Of a stretch of 64,000 nucleotides of DNA, positions 43,105-52,086 are shown one piece after another. Position 1 is the stretch's first letter, and the number at the start of each line of letters is the position of its first letter. The notes under the pieces were generated by a model that saw only the letters and a program-made list of their open reading frames with translations, searched no databases and was not told the origin of the DNA. A program made the translations under genes and the position numbers. This DNA is from a plasmid: NCBI RefSeq assembly GCF_055900595.2, contig NZ_JBVWEU010000002.1; one strand, 5' to 3'.

Positions 43105-43639
43105 CTTTTTTTCCTCCGTACATCTGCAGAACGGTATCCATCCGCGCCATAAAACCGGCGGCATCCGTTGCCCCCTGTAAAAGCGGTAATGCCTCAAGCG
43201 TGTTGACGTTGACCAGGAAGGTGGTCGGTGTGGCCACCGGGATATTCGGGAAGAAGGTCTGCATCACGTCCGGTGGCACCGGTAATGCTTCCGGAAAGGC
43301 GGTATCCCCCTGACCATCCAGGGTGTAGGGAAAAACGGAAAAGCCGTACTGCTGTGCCAACTGCTTCAGTACCGGGTCAAACTGGTGACAGTAAGGGCAA
43401 TGCCCCTGCATAAACAGCACCACCTTCCAGTCGGCCAGGTTAACCTGCCTGCCGTTGCTGAGGCGGAACCAGCGGGGGGCCGGCTTTTCTGTCCTGGCTG
43501 ACGTGTCTGCTGCCGGTTGTGCAGGCTGCGCGGCCATACCCTGCGGATTCCAGAGTCGCTCTATTTCATCCCGGGTGGAGGCCTGCACACCTGTGGCCAT
43601 CATCAACAAAATGACCGGCAGTAAGTTAGTGAGAGACAT
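43094..43639 (-). CDS. trbB: TrbB thioredoxin-fold disulfide isomerase
   Basis: 181 aa, signal peptide, CPYC active site. Confidence 0.93.
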   Translation of the reverse strand: MSLTNLLPVILLMMATGVQASTRDEIERLWNPQGMAAQPAQPAADTSARTEKPAPRWFRLSNGRQVNLADWKVVLFMQGHCPYCHQFDPVLKQLAQQYGFSVFPYTLDGQGDTAFPEALPVPPDVMQTFFPNIPVATPTTFLVNVNTLEALPLLQGATDAAGFMARMDTVLQMYGGKKGAK

Positions 43640-43910
43640 GTCCGCCCTCCTGCTGCTCTGCCATCATGGCCTGTTGCCTGGCTTCCAGTGCCTCACGCTC
43701 TTCCCGGCTGACACGGGCAATCCATGCATCCAGCACCTGGTATGCGCCGAACAGCACAAGGATGGCCGCAATCAACTCCGCCAGAAAAAAAGCCATCCAG
43801 GGTTTGCTGTAAACAAGACGGGCGACGATATGAAACCAGACACCCAGGGAAAATACCCACATTCCCGTAATATCAAGCCGGGGTAAAGAGAATCTGCGTT
43901 TACTTATCAT
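43626..43910 (-). CDS. traQ: TraQ pilin chaperone
   Basis: 94 aa; position and sequence are as in F. Confidence 0.92.
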   Translation of the reverse strand: MISKRRFSLPRLDITGMWVFSLGVWFHIVARLVYSKPWMAFFLAELIAAILVLFGAYQVLDAWIARVSREEREALEARQQAMMAEQQEGGHVSH

Positions 43911-44028
43911 GTTAAACTCCGGTTATTATTTACATGAGAGTATTTATGTCTGTAATATTCGCGTTTGTGTGATATTAATCAGATCAACCTCATTATTTTG
44001 TATGGTTTTTATTACCGTTTTATATGAC

Positions 44029-44376
44029 TTAGCCTGTCATAAGCCCCCTTATAAAAAACCACATCACTCCGGACCATACTGATGACAACATAATACAGAT
44101 AAATATTCTTCTGAACCCGTCGAAGCTCGTAACGTTCGGTAATGAGCCAATAACCATTGGAACAACCATTGCTGCGCCCTGATTCATAATTGCACCACAC
44201 AGAAACCAGAGACTGGCAGTCAGCACATATAAACACGCGATATTAATAACAAGGAAAACCAGTGAGCTCAGGAGAAACATTTTCCTGTCATTACGCTCAG
44301 AAAAGAAATAACCGGCAATAATGACAAATATTAACAGAACAACACCTGTAAACAGTTTCAAATAATCTTCACTCAT
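44029..44376 (-). CDS. trbA: TrbA inner-membrane protein
   Basis: 115-aa hydrophobic protein in the F trbA slot. Confidence 0.85.
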   Translation of the reverse strand: MSEDYLKLFTGVVLLIFVIIAGYFFSERNDRKMFLLSSLVFLVINIACLYVLTASLWFLCGAIMNQGAAMVVPMVIGSLPNVTSFDGFRRIFICIMLSSVWSGVMWFFIRGLMTG

Positions 44377-44391
44377 AAATCAAATCCGCGA

Positions 44392-45135
44392 TTAAAAATT
44401 GGGTTTAAAATCTTCAGAAACGTTCAGGAATTGTTTTGCCAGGTCGTCCTGCGAAATAAAGCCGTATGATAACGGGCGAACACTGCCCTGTTTCGGGTCA
44501 ACCAGCATCATGGCCGGGAAATATTTCACGCCGAGGCGCTGCGCCTGCCCCTGGTCAGTCCGGGAATCCGGCAACAGCGGATTAATCACACCATCCACGG
44601 AAACGGGAATAACACTCAGACCATAGGTATCCCTGAAGCCATTAATGACCTGCGCCAGCTGCCCGTCGATGGGGTCCTGCCCCCGGTAAAAGAACATGAT
44701 GCCGTAGTGTTCAGCCAGTTTCGCAATGGCCTGTCGCTGCTGCACCTGGTCTGCCGCCAGCTGGTTCCGGACCGTGCCGTTGTAATGGCTGTACTGCAGG
44801 TTATAGTCCAGTTCGGGATGCGCCAGCATGGCTTTTTTGGCGCTCATGGTGAAAAGCCCGGCCTGCTGAGTCCAGTAATTCTGCAGCCGGAAATATTTCA
44901 CAAAATTATCCACGCCGGGATACAGAATGGCTTCGTACAGCGCCCGCTTTGTTGCCGTCTGCAGTGCGGCCAGTTTCTGCATAATGTCCGGCTCCTGACG
45001 GGGGGCTGCAGGTACTGGTTTATTTTCTTTTTCCTTCGGATTTATTTTCTCGTTATACCACTGCCAGCCTGCATCTTTTCCTGACGCCGGAAAAATAAAG
45101 CAGCAGAGTAACAGTGGCAGTAATGCTTTATTCAT
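44392..45135 (-). CDS. traF: TraF thioredoxin-fold pilus assembly protein
   Basis: MNKALLPLLLCCFIFPASGKDAGWQWYNEK... 247 aa, recognised as F TraF. Confidence 0.95.
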   Translation of the reverse strand: MNKALLPLLLCCFIFPASGKDAGWQWYNEKINPKEKENKPVPAAPRQEPDIMQKLAALQTATKRALYEAILYPGVDNFVKYFRLQNYWTQQAGLFTMSAKKAMLAHPELDYNLQYSHYNGTVRNQLAADQVQQRQAIAKLAEHYGIMFFYRGQDPIDGQLAQVINGFRDTYGLSVIPVSVDGVINPLLPDSRTDQGQAQRLGVKYFPAMMLVDPKQGSVRPLSYGFISQDDLAKQFLNVSEDFKPNF

Positions 45136-45355
45136 CTTCATTCCTTTCATCACTTTTTCTTTCATCAGGTTTCTGCAGGTCAGTCAGGGCAGAAAAACAA
45201 AAATACAGAATAAACAGGAGCACACCGGAGTAAAAAATAACGAAAGCAGCAGCAAGTATCTCACCTGCAGTGGTTTCTTTTACCGTATCCCACGACCAGA
45301 TAATTACCGGGGAAATGACAATCGCTGTAATCAAAAGCCGGATGCGTATTCTCAT
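45128..45355 (-). CDS. trbE: TrbE small membrane protein; its 5' end coincides with the edge of the IS block and may be truncated or altered
   Basis: 75-aa ORF in the trbE slot, overlapping the traF start. The A of its ATG is the first base of an IS21-type terminal-repeat-like unit (45355-45392). An in-frame stop lies 3 codons upstream. Confidence 0.75.
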   Translation of the reverse strand: MRIRIRLLITAIVISPVIIWSWDTVKETTAGEILAAAFVIFYSGVLLFILYFCFSALTDLQKPDERKSDERNEDE

Positions 45356-45442
45356 GAAAGGAGATCACTCAATAACTTCCATCGAGATCGGGTAATAACG
45401 GCGTTTTTCAAGGTAGTTGTCGCCTTTTGTAATAAAATTACG

Positions 45443-46348
45443 TTATGCCGCTTCTTTTTCTGGATTCAGATAAACTGCCTGAATGAGTTCCCAGTCACGC
45501 AACTGTTTGCTCCAGCGCTCAGGATGACGTTTGCGAGCTTCGCGATAAACTTTTTTTCTGGCTTCCAGTATTTGTGCGTCAATTCCGCGATGGCGTTCAT
45601 CCGGAGTAACATACTTAATACCGCTGTGCTTGTGTTCCAGGTTGTACCATCGCGTGAACTTGCTTAACCAACTTCTGGCTTCATCTATGGTTCGAAAACC
45701 ATTCTCTGGCCACCATGGACAATACTTAATCGTCCGGAAGAGCGATTCGGAATAAGGGTTATCATTGCTGACCCGGGGACGGGAATAAGAACTTAATACG
45801 CCAAGCGCGTACATTTTTGCCAGTAACGTACAACTGCGCATTGGTCCTCCGTTATCAGAATGAAGCACGAGATTGCGGGATGAACATTTTTCATTCCATA
45901 CAGCACGTTGAAGCAGTTCTGCCGCATACTGCCCAGATTCTTTCGTAAATACTTCGGCAGCAATAATTTTTCGGCTATAAATATCGACGATCATATAGAG
46001 ATAAAAATGCTGCCCCTTAACCCACGATGGGATATAACTAATATCCCAGCTCCACACCTGGTTGGGGGCTACAGCTTTGAGTACTTCAGGCCGCTTATAT
46101 TGGTGTTCACGGGTTCTCCTTGTCAGTTGGTTAGCTGATTTTAATACGCGATAAAAAGTTGATTCTGACGCGATATAAACCCCTCTGTCGGCAAGAGTCG
46201 GAACAATAATATTCGGAGACAATGATGCAAACTCCGGAGAATTGCATACATCAAGTATTCTTAATCTTTCTGTTTCTGACAGTTTATTCCCCGGGGTACG
46301 CCTTGATGCACCTGGTCTCTGATCTGTATGAACCACACCACCCTGCAT
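45443..46348 (-). CDS. IS3-family OrfB (DDE integrase-like catalytic domain)
   Basis: W.WDISYI, LYMIVDIYSRKI, LHSDNGGPM and SYSRPRVSNDNPYSESLFRT motifs of the rve/DDE domain. It is probably expressed as an OrfAB fusion. Confidence 0.85.
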   Translation of the reverse strand: MQGGVVHTDQRPGASRRTPGNKLSETERLRILDVCNSPEFASLSPNIIVPTLADRGVYIASESTFYRVLKSANQLTRRTREHQYKRPEVLKAVAPNQVWSWDISYIPSWVKGQHFYLYMIVDIYSRKIIAAEVFTKESGQYAAELLQRAVWNEKCSSRNLVLHSDNGGPMRSCTLLAKMYALGVLSSYSRPRVSNDNPYSESLFRTIKYCPWWPENGFRTIDEARSWLSKFTRWYNLEHKHSGIKYVTPDERHRGIDAQILEARKKVYREARKRHPERWSKQLRDWELIQAVYLNPEKEAA

Positions 46349-46467
46349 CCAACGTTGAAGTGTTCTGACTGAAATACCAATACACTGGCAGGCTTGTGTT
46401 TTTCTCGCTCCTGAACTGACAGCCTCGCTGACCAGATTAATAATCTTCTGCCGCTCTGGAAGAGGAG

Positions 46468-46980
46468 TCAGCCTTCCTCGCTGTTGTCCCAGAGGGCATT
46501 GAACTTTTCCCTTAACATCAAAAGAGCAGCTGCTTCCGCCAGAGCTTTATCTTTACGGAGAAGTTCTTTTTCCAGTTCCCGTAACTGGGTCTTTGCTTCG
46601 CGTAATTCTTTATCAGCACGGCGACTTTCTGCCATTTTCATTTCATGAGCCTGAATGGATATAGCTCTCCATTCTTTAACTTGCTCAACAAATAACCCCA
46701 TTCTCCGACAATAATCAGCCAGTTCCATTTCAGATAATGTTGCAGTTTCAATTACAACAGAAAATCGTCGCTCCGGTGTCCATTCATTTCCATCGACAGA
46801 AGATATTTTTTCATTTTCAGGTAACAGGCCTTGTTGCACCAGTTCAAGTCTCCATCTTGCTATTACTGAAGGGCTCAGGTCCAGTTTACGAGCAATATGC
46901 CGTATGGACCAACTATAAGGTGGTAATAACCAGGTAACACCTTGTTCTTTTATATCAATTGGTACTGCATGTGCGGGCAT
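46468..46980 (-). CDS. IS3-family OrfA (HTH plus leucine-zipper region)
   Basis: The ATG at 46980 has an AGGAGAG SD. The C-terminal ...LRELEKELLRKDKALAEAAALLMLREKF is typical of IS3-family OrfA. Confidence 0.8.
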   Translation of the reverse strand: MPAHAVPIDIKEQGVTWLLPPYSWSIRHIARKLDLSPSVIARWRLELVQQGLLPENEKISSVDGNEWTPERRFSVVIETATLSEMELADYCRRMGLFVEQVKEWRAISIQAHEMKMAESRRADKELREAKTQLRELEKELLRKDKALAEAAALLMLREKFNALWDNSEEG

Positions 46981-47172
46981 AGTCTCTCTCCTGTGTAAAA
47001 ATCTAGGCGACAACTATGCTGACACAGGGGGATAACATTTGAACAGATCGCTGAATAACATCGATGGAGATCACTTTTGACTCATTTTGTTATTCAGTGA
47101 TCTCCATCAATGTTATTGGAACTTCACAGGTGTGTTGATCTGTATCTTTTGCCATTCCGGTAAAGGATACCT

Positions 47173-48714
47173 ATGCCAACAGTTCCAATTTCTATGAGAA
47201 AACTTAAAGAAATTCTTAGGCTTAAATACGGTGTTGGACTCAGCCATCGACAAATTGGTCGTAGTCTTGCAATCTCCCCTTCCGTTGTATCCAGATATGC
47301 TAATCGGGCGGCTCAACTTGGCATAAAGCAGTGGCCCTTACCTACAGGATGGGATGATACAAAACTAAAACATGCGTTCCTTCAGACCCAGGTTAAGATG
47401 AAGAAGCACTCTCTGCCTGACTGGGCTACAGTACACCGGGAACTGCGTAATAAATGCGTGACGCTGCAGCTACTCTGGGAAGAATACTGTGAGCGTAATC
47501 CAGGCGGTTTTTACAGCTATAACCATTACTGCCGGATGTACCGTGAATGGCTCAAAACCACTTCACCATCAATGCGTCAGGTACATAAAGCTGGCGAAAA
47601 ACTTTTCGTTGATTACTGTGGACCTACCGTTGGCGTTACCGACCCTGAGACCGGAGAAATAAGAACTGCTCAGGTCATCGTAGCTGTTCTCGGGGCATCA
47701 AGTTACACATGGGCAGAGGCCACCTGGTCTCAGCAGCTTGAAGACTGGGTGATGAGTCATGTTCGCTGCTTCCAGTGGTTGGGTGGCGTTCCTGAACTTG
47801 TTGTTCCGGACAATCTGAAAAGCGCCACATCCAGGGCATGTAAGTATGATCCTGACGTTAACCCTACCTACCAGCAGATGCTTGAGCATTATAATGTCGC
47901 AGTTTTGCCTGCGCGGCCACGTAAACCGAAAGATAAAGCCAAAGCTGAAGTTGGCGTTCAGGTTGTTGAACGCTGGATCATGGCCCGAATCAGGCATGAG
48001 ATCTTCTACAGCCTTGCATCGCTTAATCAGCGCATTCGGGAGTTGCTGGAAAGACTGAATAACAAAATAATGCAGAAGTTGGGTTATTCACGTGCAGAAC
48101 TCTTCATCCAGCTTGATAAACCCGCACTGAAGCCTCTTCCTGAAGCCAGTTACAGTTACACCCTGGTGAAGAAAGTCAGAGTTCATGCCGATTACCACGT
48201 GGAAATCGACAAACATTACTACTCGGTTCCATGTTCGCTGTTAGGCCAGCAACTGGAAGCATGGATCTCCGGAGAACTGGTAAGACTCTTCAATCAGGGG
48301 CAGGAGGTTGCTGTGCACCCGCGCAAGCGTACTTATGGCTACAGTACCCGCAACGAGCACATGCCTGAAGCTCATCGACAGCATGCCACCTGGACGCCAG
48401 AGCGTCTTCTGGAATGGGCGGGGCACATAGGCAGTGAAACTCATAGTTATGTGCTTCATATACTGAACTCTCGTCCACATCCGGAACAAAGCTATCGCTT
48501 CTGCCTTGGACTCCTGAACCTTCATAAAAAATACAGTAAAGCCAGACTTAATGCAGCATGTGCAAGAGCTCTGAAAACAAAGGTATGGCGTCTGTCAGGT
48601 ATTAAATCGATCCTGGAAAAAGGTCTGGATAAACAACCTGTTCAGGATCCAAAACCAGATCTGTTATCCACGATGGAACACGAAAACGTACGCGGCAGTG
48701 AGTATTACCACTGA
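47173..48714 (+). CDS. istA: IS21-family IstA transposase (513 aa)
   Basis: N-terminal HTH (LSHRQIGRSLAISPSVVSRY) and a DDE region (..DYCGPTV.., ..PDNLKSA..). Confidence 0.88.
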   Translation: MPTVPISMRKLKEILRLKYGVGLSHRQIGRSLAISPSVVSRYANRAAQLGIKQWPLPTGWDDTKLKHAFLQTQVKMKKHSLPDWATVHRELRNKCVTLQLLWEEYCERNPGGFYSYNHYCRMYREWLKTTSPSMRQVHKAGEKLFVDYCGPTVGVTDPETGEIRTAQVIVAVLGASSYTWAEATWSQQLEDWVMSHVRCFQWLGGVPELVVPDNLKSATSRACKYDPDVNPTYQQMLEHYNVAVLPARPRKPKDKAKAEVGVQVVERWIMARIRHEIFYSLASLNQRIRELLERLNNKIMQKLGYSRAELFIQLDKPALKPLPEASYSYTLVKKVRVHADYHVEIDKHYYSVPCSLLGQQLEAWISGELVRLFNQGQEVAVHPRKRTYGYSTRNEHMPEAHRQHATWTPERLLEWAGHIGSETHSYVLHILNSRPHPEQSYRFCLGLLNLHKKYSKARLNAACARALKTKVWRLSGIKSILEKGLDKQPVQDPKPDLLSTMEHENVRGSEYYH

Positions 48715-48725
48715 TACGGGATCCA

Positions 48726-49475
48726 ATGATGAATCATCTTTACGAACAACTGACCGCACTTAAACTCACCGGCTTCCGTGATGCGCTTAAAAAGCAACTT
48801 GCTCAGCCGGGCACATACCAGGAGCTGGGCTTCGAAGAACGCCTGTCATTACTGACAGCAGAAGAACTAACCTGCCGTGAAAACAGGAAGGCAGAGCGTC
48901 TGATCAAACATGCACGGTTCAGACTTAATGCTGAGTTATCAAAGCTGGATTATCGTAACAATAGAGGGCTGGACAGGGCCCTCATCCGTTCACTCAGTCA
49001 GGGAAACTGGTTAACCCTGAAACAAAATATTTTACTGACCGGGGCCACCGGCAGCGGTAAAACGTTCCTGGCATGTGCACTTGGTCATAATGCCTGCCGA
49101 CAGGGATACAAGGTCTACTATTATCGCCTTAAAGCGCTGATGGAACAGTGCTATCAGGGGCATGCTGATGGAAGATACAGCAAACTTTTGACCAGGCTGA
49201 ATAATAGCGATCTGCTGCTTCTGGATGACTGGGGGCTGGAACCTCTCTCATCAGAACAGCGTAGCGACCTGCTGGAAATAGTGGATCTGATGTACCAACG
49301 AGGCTCAATCATCGTAGTGAGCCAGTTGCCGGTGGAAAACTGGTACAAAATGATCGGAGACTCCACACATGCGGATGCCATCCTAGATCGACTGGTTCAT
49401 GGCAGTATCAAGATCGAACTTAAAGGAGAATCAATGCGGAAAATACAATCTCCGTTGACCGAAGGAGATCAGTGA
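48726..49475 (+). CDS. istB: IS21-family IstB ATPase helper (249 aa)
   Basis: Walker A GATGSGKT and Walker B LLLLDDWG. Confidence 0.88.
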   Translation: MMNHLYEQLTALKLTGFRDALKKQLAQPGTYQELGFEERLSLLTAEELTCRENRKAERLIKHARFRLNAELSKLDYRNNRGLDRALIRSLSQGNWLTLKQNILLTGATGSGKTFLACALGHNACRQGYKVYYYRLKALMEQCYQGHADGRYSKLLTRLNNSDLLLLDDWGLEPLSSEQRSDLLEIVDLMYQRGSIIVVSQLPVENWYKMIGDSTHADAILDRLVHGSIKIELKGESMRKIQSPLTEGDQ

Positions 49476-49634
49476 AGGTAATTTAAAAACGGTTCTGTGA
49501 AAGTGACACGAACCGATCTCCATCGATGTTACTCACCGATCTCCTTCACGGTAATACGCACCGGATAAGAAAATCAATAAAACGGTTCGACGTGAATATG
49601 ACTTTCATCATTTTCCCCGGTTATTTTCCCTACC

Positions 49635-51443
49635 TTACTGTCCTGCCTGTTTCAGCTGGTCAGCAATCTGCTCTTTCACTTTCTGCGTCAGAACACCACT
49701 GTCCGGGATTTTCTGGTTATTCATCAGGTCTTCGTAGAAGTTAGTGAAATCCAGTCTGTCGAACTGAATTTTCTGCAGCTCATCAACCGTAATCCCCCGA
49801 CAGTCAGGATGCTTCGCACTGCCAAAACTGATACGCAGCTGTCCGTTGCGCCCCTGCTGCTGGACTATCTGCGCCAGCTTCGAATCAAACTGACAGTAAC
49901 TGCGTTTTTTCTCCAGGCAGACACCCAGCACTTTCTTCGAACAGAACTCTCCGACACTGACGGTCAGTTTGTTTGATTTTGCTTTAGCCAGGGCTTTTTC
50001 ATCACTGCTGCATTTGGCCAGCCCGATGTCCTGTCCCCAGCCGCTGTCCTTACAGCAGTTGCTGTATCCGGCTGCAGCCTTCTTACAAAATTTCGCCTGA
50101 CCGGTGAAAGCACGGACATCCACCCCGTTCAGCGCCGCAACATCCTTACCTGCTGCGGCCAGTGCCGCCAGCTGAGAAACGGCTTCGGCAAAATCATTAC
50201 TCTTCCCGCTCTGAGCCTTATCGCATTCGCCATCGAGACAGAAGACGTCTCCCCCACAGACCATCACTTTCCCGGATGTTTTTGACTCACAGGAGTACGT
50301 GGCATATTCATGCAGACAGGCACCTTCTTCGGAGTAAAAGGCACACTGGTGTGACACCAGGGTACAGGCTGGATTGTCGGTGTAGGTCTGACAGGTTCCC
50401 TTGTCTGCTGACTGTGTGACATACGTGTCCCGGTATGCCCAGCAGCTCTGGTACATGCTGTATGACTGACCGTCTTTCACCAGCGTCCTGTTCCCGCCAG
50501 CCTCCGTACATTCTGTTTTTGTCAGTTTCCCCAGCTCCTTGCTGAACGGGCAGCTTTCAGACCAGACAACATACGGGGTGTACGAGGCTTTTTTTACCCT
50601 GACAACCAGACGCAGCTTCATTGCCGTATGACGTTTGAATTTTGTATTCCCGACCCGGACGGGGTGAGATGACGTAAAAGCAACACCGGCAGTCAGTGTT
50701 TTCTGTACTGGTGTAAATGAGGCATCTGCTGAGTATTTGGCATTCCAGCTCAGTGGGGTTCCCAGTACTGTAATTGTCATAGGTACACTCTTCTGCAGGT
50801 AAGTACGACTCCAGCTGTAATGCGCATCGACAATTTCACCGGTAACGGGAGAGGTAATGGAGACAACATACTGACCATTCACTTCACGTGCAGGTAGCTG
50901 ACTCATTTCATACTCCAGCGTCCGGGTTTCCCATGTGGTACTCCCCTGCAGCTCCATACGGGCAGTTCGTGTGCAGTACTGCTCCACCTGTAAATCCCGC
51001 TCACAGGTGTAATTCGTGTATTCACTCCGGCTAATCTCCTGCGCACTGCACTGCTGCCCGGTGTTTCCCACAATGCTGTCAGCCCGGTTCACCACATCCC
51101 TGCCGGTCTGGATAAACGGTGCATCCGGTGAAAGAATGTCTTTCGGCTTGTTCATGAATGACTCTGTGATGGTTTTTCCGGTTTCACCGGTCGCCCATTC
51201 CGTGGTGCCGTCATTTTTCAGGCCGCCATCCCCGCCGGCAGTCACGCCACCGTAGTATTTTGTCTCGTCCGGATTCGCGTTATAGCCGGGGATACTCTCC
51301 TGTGGCTTAAAGCCCTGAATACTGCTGCTTCCCTGTCCTTTGATCTGGTGAGCAAAATCAGAGCCGGCCCGGTAATCACTGTTGCTGTCAGCCTGTGCCA
51401 TGCCGGCAACCAGAGCCAGTATCAGAGGTAAAATACGTTTCAT
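49635..51443 (-). CDS. traN: TraN outer-membrane mating-pair stabilisation protein
   Basis: 602 aa, Cys-rich, signal peptide, recognised as F-type TraN. Confidence 0.96.
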   Translation of the reverse strand: MKRILPLILALVAGMAQADSNSDYRAGSDFAHQIKGQGSSSIQGFKPQESIPGYNANPDETKYYGGVTAGGDGGLKNDGTTEWATGETGKTITESFMNKPKDILSPDAPFIQTGRDVVNRADSIVGNTGQQCSAQEISRSEYTNYTCERDLQVEQYCTRTARMELQGSTTWETRTLEYEMSQLPAREVNGQYVVSITSPVTGEIVDAHYSWSRTYLQKSVPMTITVLGTPLSWNAKYSADASFTPVQKTLTAGVAFTSSHPVRVGNTKFKRHTAMKLRLVVRVKKASYTPYVVWSESCPFSKELGKLTKTECTEAGGNRTLVKDGQSYSMYQSCWAYRDTYVTQSADKGTCQTYTDNPACTLVSHQCAFYSEEGACLHEYATYSCESKTSGKVMVCGGDVFCLDGECDKAQSGKSNDFAEAVSQLAALAAAGKDVAALNGVDVRAFTGQAKFCKKAAAGYSNCCKDSGWGQDIGLAKCSSDEKALAKAKSNKLTVSVGEFCSKKVLGVCLEKKRSYCQFDSKLAQIVQQQGRNGQLRISFGSAKHPDCRGITVDELQKIQFDRLDFTNFYEDLMNNQKIPDSGVLTQKVKEQIADQLKQAGQ

Positions 51444-52081
51444 TTCCCGGAATCTCCTTTCCCTGCCAGTAAATCATGAGCCACCTGCCGGCAGTCACCC
51501 GTGGCGGCCACTTTCTCCAGCGCCTGGCCGACCCGCAGGTTTCCCCGGATGATGTCGTATCCCTGACTGCAGAACACCACCAGTGCCGGTACACTGCGAA
51601 TGCCGTACTGTGAAAACAGCGTCGGGTCGATCTGAACACCATCAGTCGCGCCGTCTTTCACCAGGGACAGCACGGCTTCAGCGGTGGTCTTCAGGTCATT
51701 GTTCACCATGCCCCGCAGTGTGGCGGGTATACCGTAGTGCCGGGTTTCGCCCAGCATTCGTTTCAGCCCCTCTTCGGAAATGGAAAACGACACAAAATAC
51801 AGAGCACCCTGCCGGGGTTTCCCGTCCTGCGAAGCCTGCTGTTTACGAACCAGCTCATCCAGGAAATGGTTATCTGAACGCTGAAGGGGGTTTTCCAGCA
51901 CCTGCTTCTCCGCCCAGGCTTTCAGCTGATGGTCAGGTTTTTCACGCAGTTGTCTGCTTAAATTTTCCTGCTGCTTCAGGAACTGGCGGTTTTCAGGAGT
52001 GTTCACGTTTTCTGACGCCATAACCGCCCCGTTCAGCATCATCAGCAGTGCTGCCAGAAATTTCATACTCAGCTTCATCAT
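51440..52081 (-). CDS. trbC: TrbC pilus assembly protein
   Basis: 213 aa with a signal peptide, in the F trbC slot. Confidence 0.93.
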   Translation of the reverse strand: MMKLSMKFLAALLMMLNGAVMASENVNTPENRQFLKQQENLSRQLREKPDHQLKAWAEKQVLENPLQRSDNHFLDELVRKQQASQDGKPRQGALYFVSFSISEEGLKRMLGETRHYGIPATLRGMVNNDLKTTAEAVLSLVKDGATDGVQIDPTLFSQYGIRSVPALVVFCSQGYDIIRGNLRVGQALEKVAATGDCRQVAHDLLAGKGDSGK

Positions 52082-52086
52082 TCACC

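Larger units (their letters stand above)
45406..47024 (-). mobile_element. IS3-family insertion sequence (~1.62 kb), no target duplication detected
   Basis: Terminal repeats TTTCAAGGTAGTTGTCGCC (45406-) and TGTCAGCATAGTTGTCGCC (complement of ...47024). OrfA/OrfB arrangement with overlapping frames. Confidence 0.8.
47040..49548 (+). mobile_element. IS21-family insertion sequence (2509 bp), distinct from IS100; no target duplication detected
   Basis: IRs TGAACAGATCGCTGAATAACATCGATGGAGATCAC (47040-) and TGAAGGAGATCGGTGAGTAACATCGATGGAGATCGG (complement of ...49548). An extra inverted copy of the repeat is at 47089-47119. It carries istA plus istB. Confidence 0.8.
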
